DNA from: a virus
Length of the DNA stretch: 44,753 nucleotides
Strand: one strand, 5' to 3'
IMG/VR virus record: IMGVR_UViG_3300045970_000214
Part shown: positions 33,098 through 41,488 of the stretch, in pieces
Layout of the letters: each line of letters begins with the position of its first letter
Position numbering within the stretch: position 1 is the first letter of the stretch
Notes under the pieces: model-generated
What the model saw: the letters and a program-made list of their open reading frames with translations, nothing else
What the model was told of the DNA's origin: nothing
Databases searched by the model: none
Translations under genes and position numbers: made by a program

Positions 33098-34300
33098 TTA
33101 CGCAGCACCAGCCGTAAGGCCAGTAACATACACGCACGAGTACGGATTGATAAGTTCTACTGCGAGTTCCGACGTGAGAGAACCACCCACACCGTCTACT
33201 CCGTTCTCTACCAGCTTACCGTTCTGACCATACTCTTCAGCAACAGTATCACGACCATCCATATAAGCCAGTTTCAAGGCCGGAAGATCCATGACAAGCA
33301 TAGTACCAGTAGTACCTACAGCCAGTCCATTCATCAGAGGATGCTCGATCAGATTGATCTCACCTTTGTAGAATTTGAACTTAGTGAACTGCATACCGAA
33401 GACAGTCTCGGATTGCATAACTTCTACCATTGCTGACAGACGAGCGATCTGATGCATAACTTTCATAGCAACAGAATCGCAGAAGCCGACACGCATCTTA
33501 GGATTCGAAGCATCAGTCGAATACGTCCACGCTTCTTCTACCAGAGCCACAAGTTGATCGTAGTTCGTGGTAGCACCCGCAGCATTGATATTAGCCGATG
33601 CGTATTGATAGATTGCGTCGATAATACCTTGCGTTGCATGAATCGGTTGCGCACCGCTAGTATCCATCTTCGGCTGACCGAACAGGATTGCGCTCTCAAT
33701 GTCGATGGAATGGAACATAGCGCAGTCTTTACGAGACTCAGCAATGTTACTATAACCCATCTCAGCCAAGCTAGCACGAGCGGTATCAGTCAAGCCCCAC
33801 GCATTACGGAAGATCTGTGTATAATTCGGAACATACACAGTCGCCAGCATACGAGCAGCAGGACGGTTAGAACCTTCTGCAAACGCAGTACCTACTTGGA
33901 TCAAGTTATCCGCAGCGTTAAGAGCAGCTGCAGCAACACGACCAAAGGCACGAGTTACAGTAATGGTGGTTCCAGAAGCTATCGTCAAGACCAGAACGTT
34001 CTCACGAGTCCTAGTATTGAACAGAACCATATTCGGCGTCATACCAGCGGTAGTACCTACAGTAAGAGTAGTAGCTCCTACCAAGTCACCTGCGGTCGAA
34101 GTCGTCTTAATAAACGACAACGTCTTGCTGAAGTAACCATGTGTAGAACTCTTTGCCTTGCTCTTACCAGCTTGCGATGAGAGAGCAAAAAGAGGAGCTG
34201 AGCCATTCGGGAACAGACGAAGAATGGTTCCTGCGAAAGAACGTGTGTTAAGTTCTGCAGGGTTCAGGTTAGTATTAAAGATGCCGGAGAGCAAAGCCAT
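33098..34300 (-). CDS. Major capsid protein (HK97-fold type inferred)
   Basis: 400 aa, directly downstream of the scaffold candidate and portal; CGT/GC-rich high-expression codon usage; followed by a hairpin. Confidence 0.75.
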   Translation of the reverse strand: MALLSGIFNTNLNPAELNTRSFAGTILRLFPNGSAPLFALSSQAGKSKAKSSTHGYFSKTLSFIKTTSTAGDLVGATTLTVGTTAGMTPNMVLFNTRTRENVLVLTIASGTTITVTRAFGRVAAAALNAADNLIQVGTAFAEGSNRPAARMLATVYVPNYTQIFRNAWGLTDTARASLAEMGYSNIAESRKDCAMFHSIDIESAILFGQPKMDTSGAQPIHATQGIIDAIYQYASANINAAGATTNYDQLVALVEEAWTYSTDASNPKMRVGFCDSVAMKVMHQIARLSAMVEVMQSETVFGMQFTKFKFYKGEINLIEHPLMNGLAVGTTGTMLVMDLPALKLAYMDGRDTVAEEYGQNGKLVENGVDGVGGSLTSELAVELINPYSCVYVTGLTAGAA

Positions 34301-34315
34301 GATTGTAGATCCTTA

Positions 34316-35041
34316 TCAAGAGTTAGAAAGATATTTCGTCCAATCCATCTCTTCAGCTTTATCGGAGCCATCAGAGTTCTTAGTAGGAGAAGACGGGTTA
34401 AGAGCGAATTGCAGATCTGAGATATACTTCTGAGCTGCTTTGGCTACCTCTACCGGAGAAGCATCCGGATTAGCCGCTGCAAACTGATTAGCTATCCTAT
34501 TCAGCTCTGCTTTTACTACTGGGTGACTGTAGTTAGGAGCACTTGCAAGTTCATTAGAAGTCAGTTGAGACTTAACACCTCTCTCTAACTTCTTAGACTC
34601 GTAGTCTCCACGTTGATTGATGTAAGTGTCTGTAAGGTTAGTGCTATGTTCTATAGCAGCCTTATAAGAGTTTTGTCCTACAGTTCTGATTATGTCCATC
34701 AGAGCATTGACATCTCCTGAAGTAGCTTTTGTCAATGTCTCTTGTTCTATCCCCCTCGTAAAGTCCATCTTACGAGATACATCATTTAATACCTTAGGAT
34801 CTAATTTGAACTCTGGAGCTTGGATCTCGGAGTTATTAGTGGCATTATCGAACATTTTCTTATAAGCATCAAGGGGATTTTCAGCTGTCATCTCAGTTCC
34901 AGGCATCTTACCGGACTTATCCGTAGTAGGTGCATTATCTGAGAGATTCTCTTTCCCTTGCTTATTAGGATCTTCTCCTTGATTACTCGAAGAAGGTGCT
35001 TCTGGTGTTTTTGCTCTAAACATATCCATAATACCGGCCAT
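34316..35041 (-). CDS. Scaffolding protein candidate (241 aa)
   Basis: Hydrophilic, helical and low in aromatics; located between portal and MCP. Confidence 0.55.
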   Translation of the reverse strand: MAGIMDMFRAKTPEAPSSSNQGEDPNKQGKENLSDNAPTTDKSGKMPGTEMTAENPLDAYKKMFDNATNNSEIQAPEFKLDPKVLNDVSRKMDFTRGIEQETLTKATSGDVNALMDIIRTVGQNSYKAAIEHSTNLTDTYINQRGDYESKKLERGVKSQLTSNELASAPNYSHPVVKAELNRIANQFAAANPDASPVEVAKAAQKYISDLQFALNPSSPTKNSDGSDKAEEMDWTKYLSNS

Positions 35042-35045
35042 GATG

Positions 35046-35297
35046 TTACTCCTTTACTGGGGGTTTGATAATACTAAGAAGTGTTACGAGAGTTGACAAC
35101 TTCCCTTGAACAAGGGCATGCTTCTTTGCTACTTCACTATCATCTCTCTCGGACACTGAGAGAACTGCTAGTTCTGCGAGATCATTCTGTCCCATTATGC
35201 GAAGATATTTCTTCACAAGAGGGGATGAGAAGATATCTGTGATTGATGCTATCTCTTCTTTTGAAAGAGTTTCCTGTGTGATTATTCCATTAAGCAT
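35046..35297 (-). CDS. Hypothetical small head-module protein (83 aa)
   Basis: Position only. Confidence 0.4.
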   Translation of the reverse strand: MLNGIITQETLSKEEIASITDIFSSPLVKKYLRIMGQNDLAELAVLSVSERDDSEVAKKHALVQGKLSTLVTLLSIIKPPVKE

Positions 35298-35306
35298 GAT
35301 ATATCC

Positions 35307-37325
35307 TTATTGTTTAGTAGGAGTTTGACCAACAGGAGGTGCAGCTGCGGTTGCTGCCGCTTGAACCATAGGAGCCATGTCGGCGGGATTCATTGGCATA
35401 CCAGTCTGAGGATGAACACCTTGTTGCATCTGATTCGCCTGCATCATATTACTCTCTTGTTGTCCTGCATCTGGAGTATATTCCTCAAGACCTCTCACAC
35501 CTAAAAGCTGAGCAAGATGAGCGAACATACCAGGAAGCATTGGACCGTATCTCTGCTGAAGAAGCTGAGATTGTCCAAGGATTTGCATAAGTTGCATGAT
35601 AGAGTCTGTACCAGCGAGTTTACTCTTAGGAGTATAACCATCTGCTACACGGAAGGAGAGAACCTGGGTCTTAAGTTTCTCTATATCTACCTTCTTGACA
35701 GATCCATCTTTCTGAGAGACGACTTCTGCATCCTCTCCATATTGATAGATATTAAGTTTAAGGATCTCTTTCAATGGCATAAAGACTTGGAACTCAAGGG
35801 TGAGAGCTGGTAGACGAAGTCTAGCATCCGCACCAGACATTGTATCATCCCACTCTTTAACACTCTTGTTCCCCTTCTGGAACTTCCCTTGCATAGGATT
35901 GTTAAGACCGGATAACTCCTTTCCGAAGGATACGATAGACATACCATCTTGAAAGGCAGCCTCAGTTCCTCTAGCATCGAAAGGGATCTGATGATATGCA
36001 TCCTGGATTCTACGTGTACCATCTAGGGAATTACTCTTGACAGGTATTTTAGCAGCTGGGACAGGCGCATTAATATCGGCGGGACTAATAAGGTCAGCGT
36101 CATATAAGGCACGATCAGACACAGCCCTACGAGCAGAATTAAAACGGATATTAAATAACGTAGTAGCCGCAGACTGAAACGGAATATTCGATTCAGCAAT
36201 AGACTGGGTTTGATGTCCGAGACCATCTTCAAGAGGTTGACCGAATAGGATAGGAATATAATCATATGCAGATATAATCCTTTCAGCCTGTACAAGCACT
36301 GCATTATTTACAACAACGAACTTCCAGATCTGAGGAGTCTTAGCTTCTGGACCTACTATCTGGAATTCAGAAGGCATAATACGAGCATAGAAACGAAAGA
36401 TCTCAAAGTTACCAGTCTTAATAGTATCCTTAGATTCTTGCTGACCTGTGAGATATGTATACCAGTTCATACCATCAAGAGGTCTCCTGGCATCTATGTA
36501 ATTAGAGACTGTTGGATGAACCCTATAATTCGCAACACTTTCAGGACTTGTGGAGAGATCTCCTGAACTAAGAGCTTCTCTTACATTGAAGGCTTTCCCT
36601 TCTGCAGCTAGCCGATTAAGGAATCTCTTAGTCTTCGTCCTTGATAGAACCTCAACATAACCTGCGTAATCCCCCTCCGCAGATATGTCACCAGGATTCA
36701 CATTATGATCGTAGACTGTGTTATAAGGATCAAGCCGTTTCAGCTTCGTGTATTTAGTAATCGATTTATCGAGCTTCTGTTTCGGACCTTTCTGATTCGA
36801 ATTCATCAGAAGATCGTTCATTATCGAATACTGGGAGACAGAAGTCCAATCAGCTTCGAGTGCTGAGAAATTATACTTCACTCCATCTCGTATGAACATA
36901 AGGAGTTGACGAGCATATCCCCCTAATGTTGCATGATCATCTATGAGAGTTTCAAGTTGCTCAGCCGAGTCTTTATTCTTAGGGTTCGAGACGATAGGAA
37001 AGAGTGGAGATCCTGAGAGAAAAACCTCAGAGAGATAAGCCACCATAGAATCTACTTGAGAGATCACAACAGGAGGAACCGTAGAAGGAAGATTCATTAC
37101 TCCTACTGGGGTTGTAGCAGCATCTATCCCTTGCCCAGTAACTTCACCTGTATGAGGATCTTTATTTGCCTGGAAGCGAGCATAGGCTTGATCTATGGCT
37201 TCCATCTTATTGTAGTATTGGGAGAATTTCTTATGCTCTGTTAGAATCCTCGTAGCGAACTCAAGAATGAGTTTCTGAGAATTTGGCTTCGGGATAACAA
37301 CAGGACTATTAGCTTGAATATCCAT
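35307..37325 (-). CDS. Portal protein (672 aa)
   Basis: Size and position (TerL - 196 aa - this ORF - scaffold - MCP); Q/M/P-rich C-terminal tail. Confidence 0.7.
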   Translation of the reverse strand: MDIQANSPVVIPKPNSQKLILEFATRILTEHKKFSQYYNKMEAIDQAYARFQANKDPHTGEVTGQGIDAATTPVGVMNLPSTVPPVVISQVDSMVAYLSEVFLSGSPLFPIVSNPKNKDSAEQLETLIDDHATLGGYARQLLMFIRDGVKYNFSALEADWTSVSQYSIMNDLLMNSNQKGPKQKLDKSITKYTKLKRLDPYNTVYDHNVNPGDISAEGDYAGYVEVLSRTKTKRFLNRLAAEGKAFNVREALSSGDLSTSPESVANYRVHPTVSNYIDARRPLDGMNWYTYLTGQQESKDTIKTGNFEIFRFYARIMPSEFQIVGPEAKTPQIWKFVVVNNAVLVQAERIISAYDYIPILFGQPLEDGLGHQTQSIAESNIPFQSAATTLFNIRFNSARRAVSDRALYDADLISPADINAPVPAAKIPVKSNSLDGTRRIQDAYHQIPFDARGTEAAFQDGMSIVSFGKELSGLNNPMQGKFQKGNKSVKEWDDTMSGADARLRLPALTLEFQVFMPLKEILKLNIYQYGEDAEVVSQKDGSVKKVDIEKLKTQVLSFRVADGYTPKSKLAGTDSIMQLMQILGQSQLLQQRYGPMLPGMFAHLAQLLGVRGLEEYTPDAGQQESNMMQANQMQQGVHPQTGMPMNPADMAPMVQAAATAAAPPVGQTPTKQ

Positions 37326-37348
37326 TTTGATGCTCCTTGTTTCTTATA

Positions 37349-37939
37349 TTAATCAGGGGAGAAGGGGGAAGACGCTAATGAATCGACCAAGGTTCTGAGT
37401 TCTTTATTATCCTCATGGTCTATCATTTTCTCGTATTCTCCCACAGCCTTAGAATAAGCTACTGCCTGCTTACCCTTTCCATTATACATCTCAACAGCTT
37501 TGTTAGGATCTTGTTGTCCTGTCATGGCGAGCTTAAGGGCACTCAGTTTAGCAAAATCATCTGTGGAAATCATGTCATGGGAAGCTGTGAGAAGTTGATT
37601 CCCAAGCTTAGAAGACACGAGACGAATAGGAGCCATATCTCCCATATCATCTGGTGTGTTAATATATCCATCGAAGAGTTTATTTACGATCTCTCTATTA
37701 CGAGGGTTATTAGCGTAACCATTTACATTATTTCCGAAATCTGGTCTTCCTTCCTTGAGAGCTATTGGAAGGAGTTTCTTGGCAATCTCAGGAGATAGAG
37801 CACCATTCTGCACAGAGATCTTCATAGCCTTCACAAGAGATTCTATATGAGCGACCGGGATCTTCTCTGGGGCAAGGTTCTTCTCTTTATATCCAGGTCT
37901 ATAAAACGGTACTGTTTTTACTTTTTCAAGATCTGCCAT
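37349..37939 (-). CDS. Hypothetical protein between TerL and portal (196 aa)
   Basis: ORF in the operon; only weak lysozyme/SLT-like motif resemblance (see findings). Confidence 0.4.
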   Translation of the reverse strand: MADLEKVKTVPFYRPGYKEKNLAPEKIPVAHIESLVKAMKISVQNGALSPEIAKKLLPIALKEGRPDFGNNVNGYANNPRNREIVNKLFDGYINTPDDMGDMAPIRLVSSKLGNQLLTASHDMISTDDFAKLSALKLAMTGQQDPNKAVEMYNGKGKQAVAYSKAVGEYEKMIDHEDNKELRTLVDSLASSPFSPD

Positions 37940-37949
37940 ATCATCCTCT

Positions 37950-39443
37950 TTAGAAAGGTGTATTCCCTGCTACTACATTACACTTCCCATGATCTATTGT
38001 AACCTTCCTGGTAAGAGTATGGATAAGATGCCAGTACTCATTTCTTATATCAAGACCGTATGCGATAGCATCTAGAAGGTCATCCTTGTTTCCCTCTTTC
38101 TTTCCTATCTTATAAGTCGATGCCTGCCAGACGAAATCTCTTCTTGTCTCAGGGCTATAGAGGAAATATGTCTTTGCATAAAGTTCTTGAATGAATTGAC
38201 GTATACGAGATTCCTTAGTTCTTCCATGAGGCTTAAGAGGAACAACTGTTAGACCAGTTATCTTAAATTTATTAATATAGAATGTGAGCCAGAATCCAAG
38301 AGTCTGCTGATATCCCACATCCTCGACTCCTATGAGACAGCAGTTATACTGTATGGCAAGGGTTATCGTTTTCTCTATGATCTCTGCAGGATCAAGAATA
38401 CCCTTCACAGTCTTAACAACATAACCTTTATTCTGATATTTTAGATGAACTACTATCACATTATCATCTGATGTGTTACGGAATCCAGCAGGATCTATCG
38501 TGATAAAAGAACCATCTGGGTCTAGAAGATCCTCATCTGAAAGGTCACAATCAGGCACAGGATGAGGAAGTATAGAAAGAGCAACACTCTTAGGATCATT
38601 CATCACCTCAGCAAACCATATATGAGCTAATCCAAGAGCCTCATCATGATAGTAAGATTCCATGAGTTCGTCTATTGAGAACAACTCAGGCCATAAAGGT
38701 CTACTAGATTCTAAGATGGCTCCTGTAACCATAGAGACCCAGGAGGACATCTTCTTAAACTTATTGAGGATACACTCCTCAGAATACATATTTCCTACGT
38801 AGATTATGAGACGATTCCCACGAGGAGCTAACGCCTTAAAGATCGTACCGACAAGCTCTGTAAGAAGATTAGTTCTCTCTGTAGGAGATTCGTCATTCTT
38901 CCTTGTTTGTACGTCATCACAGAATATAACATCAGGCCGTTGATTCTGTAAGTTGATACCTCGTATGCCAGCAGACCAGCCACGAGCTACTATGCTAACT
39001 GATCTGTTATGATAAGCTGCTTTCTTAGTATCTGCAGAGTCGATTGCTAGGTTCTCTCTCCAATTCCCATATATAGAGACCATATTAGGAGAGAGAAGAA
39101 TGTTATGAATATCAGCGAGCAGAAGCTCAGCCAAATCTGAGTTAGAACAGACAATGAGGATGAAATTAGCTTTATCATATACTATAAGCCAACAGATTAT
39201 TATTTTTATGAATGTAGTCTTTGCATGACCTCGTGGAAGTCCTAGAGCAAACCTAAGAAGCTTACCCAGATTCTCTTCAGTACGCGTAGTAAGAAGACTC
39301 CACACAGCAACATAAAACATAGGAAGAGCAAATAGACACACGTCTGGAATACATAGACCAGCGAAGAAGTTAATATCTGTTTTACCTCGCTCATAAGCAT
39401 CCCCTAGAGCTACATTAACATCTTGTATTTCAGATTCTAACAT
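37950..39443 (-). CDS. terL: Terminase large subunit
   Basis: Walker A-like GLPRGHAKTT; Walker B VIFCDDVQ; C-terminal nuclease-type region; 497 aa; 14-nt overlap with TerS. Confidence 0.9.
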   Translation of the reverse strand: MLESEIQDVNVALGDAYERGKTDINFFAGLCIPDVCLFALPMFYVAVWSLLTTRTEENLGKLLRFALGLPRGHAKTTFIKIIICWLIVYDKANFILIVCSNSDLAELLLADIHNILLSPNMVSIYGNWRENLAIDSADTKKAAYHNRSVSIVARGWSAGIRGINLQNQRPDVIFCDDVQTRKNDESPTERTNLLTELVGTIFKALAPRGNRLIIYVGNMYSEECILNKFKKMSSWVSMVTGAILESSRPLWPELFSIDELMESYYHDEALGLAHIWFAEVMNDPKSVALSILPHPVPDCDLSDEDLLDPDGSFITIDPAGFRNTSDDNVIVVHLKYQNKGYVVKTVKGILDPAEIIEKTITLAIQYNCCLIGVEDVGYQQTLGFWLTFYINKFKITGLTVVPLKPHGRTKESRIRQFIQELYAKTYFLYSPETRRDFVWQASTYKIGKKEGNKDDLLDAIAYGLDIRNEYWHLIHTLTRKVTIDHGKCNVVAGNTPF

Positions 39444-40095
39444 CTTCTATCTCTATATCTCGCATCCTGACAGGAAGAGGTATTTCTACTATTTCTTCGC
39501 AGGAGTCAAGAAAGGGAATAACTTCTTCAGAGCATCCTTCTGCTTCTGAAGATATTCTTGGACGCTCATTTTGAATCTCCTTCTCTTGCTTAAGGTTCTT
39601 AAAAAGGTTTGTAACACCTTGTGAAGATAGAGGAGCCAGATTTTGACCTTCTATCGCTGTAATTTCATTATCTTTCGTTCGAGTCATAACAGGGGCTATC
39701 TGAATAGCATGACCTGGGAGACTGAGTTGTACTATATTCTGTGTAAAGACTACATTCCCTCCAAGAGGAATTGGGTTCACACGAGAACGTGCGCGATCTT
39801 GACGCTCAGAGATAACACGCAAGGCTCCTACGACATCTCGAAGCTCAGATGCAGGAGCCATATTAAGAACTTGGTCGAGAAGGGCATGCTCCGCTGTGAG
39901 ATATTTCGCAGAGATAGCAAGTTCTTCCTGATCCTTCTCTGCTGTCTTCGTCTGAGCTTCTGCATAGAGATCTCTGAACTCCGCATCCGAGGACATAAGC
40001 TGGGAGATAAGAGCTGGTGAGCATCCTACTATAGAAGCAACATTAGCTTGTTTCAGGCCGGATGCCAGAAGGAGAGCTACTCTTTCTTTATTCAT
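39430..40095 (-). CDS. terS: Terminase small subunit candidate with N-terminal HTH (221 aa)
   Basis: Start moved to MNKERV (AAAGGAG SD 8 nt upstream). HTH-like LKQANVASIVGCSPALISQL; immediately upstream of terL. Confidence 0.6.
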   Translation of the reverse strand: MNKERVALLLASGLKQANVASIVGCSPALISQLMSSDAEFRDLYAEAQTKTAEKDQEELAISAKYLTAEHALLDQVLNMAPASELRDVVGALRVISERQDRARSRVNPIPLGGNVVFTQNIVQLSLPGHAIQIAPVMTRTKDNEITAIEGQNLAPLSSQGVTNLFKNLKQEKEIQNERPRISSEAEGCSEEVIPFLDSCEEIVEIPLPVRMRDIEIEDVRI

Positions 40096-40312
40096 ATAAG
40101 ATCTCCTTTCGGAAATAATAAAAGCTTTCGGAAAAGTGGTTATGAAAAGGATAAGGACATAGTAACATAGATAGAAGAAGAGCAAGAGTGGATTTCCTGG
40201 AAAAGTTTAGGAAAATTTTTTAGAAGCTATTGATAGCTGAGCCACGTGGCCGATCTAAAAAAAGCCCTTAGCCCCCCTTGACTTTTCTTAGCTTTCATGG
40301 TTTTGATAGGCG

Positions 40313-40343
40313 TGAAAAAGCCCCCCTAAACTTCAGGAGGGCT
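40313..40343 (-). terminator. Rho-independent terminator of the 192-aa ORF
   Basis: - strand reads AGCCCTCCT-GAAGTTT-AGGGGGGCT followed by TTTTTC (9-bp stem including one G-U). Confidence 0.65.
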
Positions 40344-40374
40344 ACTAGATCGGGCGATCTATTAGGCGGAAGGG

Positions 40375-40953
40375 TTACATATCGTCCAAAGCATCAACGG
40401 CGCTGCAAGCCTCATCTAAGGCCAAGAGAGGGCGAGAAAAGCGAGTAGCCTGTTCGGGGTTAAGCGTCTTTGTGAAGTCCGAGAGATAGACGCTAAACTT
40501 AGACTTCTTATCTACTGTCTGAAGTGCAAGACCCTTACGATTTGATGCAAGCTCATAGACTGCTGCTTGAACCTTCTCGGACTTCTTAGTAGTCGGCAGC
40601 CAAGCTTTGAAAGCTTTCAAGAAGTCTCGTACAATCGCCAAAGCTTCGCCTGTCTTACCACTACCGGATTCTAGCAGTTCTTCCACGCTTTCCGCTATCT
40701 TCAAACCGTCCTTCAGCGTAGCAGTACCCGATACAAGCTTATTGCGAGCCTGAGCCTTAACAGCGGCAAGAACAGCATCAAAAGCGTATTGAACCTTATC
40801 ATCCTCATATACAGGAAAACCCGCCTCATCATATTCTTTCGGTTCAACTGCTACCCCGAGTTCTGAGAGCAAAGGGAAAAAGATATTAACTTTGCCGACT
40901 TCTTGATATTCGCCATCAACCTTCTTGCTAACTACCATAATAAACTGTTTCAT
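40375..40953 (-). CDS. Stand-alone 192-aa protein of unknown function, with its own promoter and terminator
   Basis: ORF with AAGGAAAG SD. About 50% GC in the two 60-nt lines counted, versus 30% and 42% in two lines counted elsewhere. All five Arg codons checked are CGN. Confidence 0.6.
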   Translation of the reverse strand: MKQFIMVVSKKVDGEYQEVGKVNIFFPLLSELGVAVEPKEYDEAGFPVYEDDKVQYAFDAVLAAVKAQARNKLVSGTATLKDGLKIAESVEELLESGSGKTGEALAIVRDFLKAFKAWLPTTKKSEKVQAAVYELASNRKGLALQTVDKKSKFSVYLSDFTKTLNPEQATRFSRPLLALDEACSAVDALDDM

Positions 40954-41029
40954 GATACGCTTTCCTTTATGATGTGAGTTCCTTTTATCGGGAGGAACCC
41001 TAAACCCGTTTTATTCAACCTATGACTGA

Positions 41030-41058
41030 ATTATAGTTGAGGAATGGGAGGAAAGCAA
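41030..41058 (-). promoter_or_regulatory. Near-consensus sigma70 promoter for the 192-aa ORF
   Basis: - strand reads TTGCTT-17 nt-TATAAT, about 70 nt upstream of the ATG at 40953. Confidence 0.6.
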
Positions 41059-41243
41059 GGAATATTTTCATTTATTCTAAAATAATTTAGTATCTCATCC
41101 TAATCCGGAAACTACGGAAAGTCCTAAAAGTCGCAAGTTTCCCCCCTGTCCTATGGGTTCCTGAGAGCGACCGAACCCTATCATCTTATATTCACAGAAC
41201 TATAAGCTCTTGCTATCCTATAAGACAAACCCTTGTTTAGAAG

Positions 41244-41277
41244 ATATGTATATATATTTATATTTTTAAAATTTAAA
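41244..41277. other. AT-only tract (possible DNA-unwinding element or curved DNA)
   Basis: atatgtatatatatttatatttttaaaatttaaa, in the largest non-coding region of the genome. Confidence 0.3.
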
Positions 41278-41436
41278 CTCGTACACGTATTGCACCTAGA
41301 ATCTTCTAAAGAACACATCTCTATTATCTACTTAATCAACAGAATATCATAGGAATTGAACCGAACAGACAAAACCGATGGGACAAGGGGTAACTCTTTG
41401 ACTTTTAAGAGTTTTTCAAGTTTTTGACTTTTTTCC

Positions 41437-41465
41437 TTGACTTTTCCAGAATCATCAACTATAAT
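41437..41465 (+). promoter_or_regulatory. Perfect-consensus sigma70 early promoter
   Basis: TTGACT-17 nt-TATAAT, 65 nt upstream of the first early ORF; preceded by two more TTGACTTTT boxes. Confidence 0.7.
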
Positions 41466-41472
41466 AATATAT

Positions 41473-41488
41473 GGGATTGCAGAATCCC
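41473..41488 (+). promoter_or_regulatory. Palindrome GGGATT-gcag-AATCCC at the predicted early transcription start (operator or 5' hairpin)
   Basis: Perfect 6-bp inverted repeat starting 8 nt after the -10 hexamer. Confidence 0.45.

Noticed and set aside
33452-34180. Long antisense ORFs: 242 aa opposite the capsid gene, plus 19159-19782, 20630-21106, 17292-17735, 8598-9245, 39643-40020, 37415-37798 and others
   Set aside because: Each lies wholly inside a longer ORF on the other strand that has recognisable motifs or an operon context. Their translations are low-complexity or Cys/Arg/Ser-rich shadow frames with no start-site signals.
39430-40185. Upstream extension of terS (track ORF start at 40185, MLFFYLCYYVLILF...)
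   Set aside because: The extension is hydrophobic nonsense with no SD. The ATG at 40095 has AAAGGAG 8 nt upstream and begins a typical HTH-containing TerS N-terminus.
41150-41185. GGGTTC-12 nt-GAACCC hairpin as part of a tRNA or tmRNA-like gene
   Set aside because: There is no acceptor stem, D-arm or GTTCGAATC-type T-loop, and the 12-nt loop is incompatible with a T-arm.
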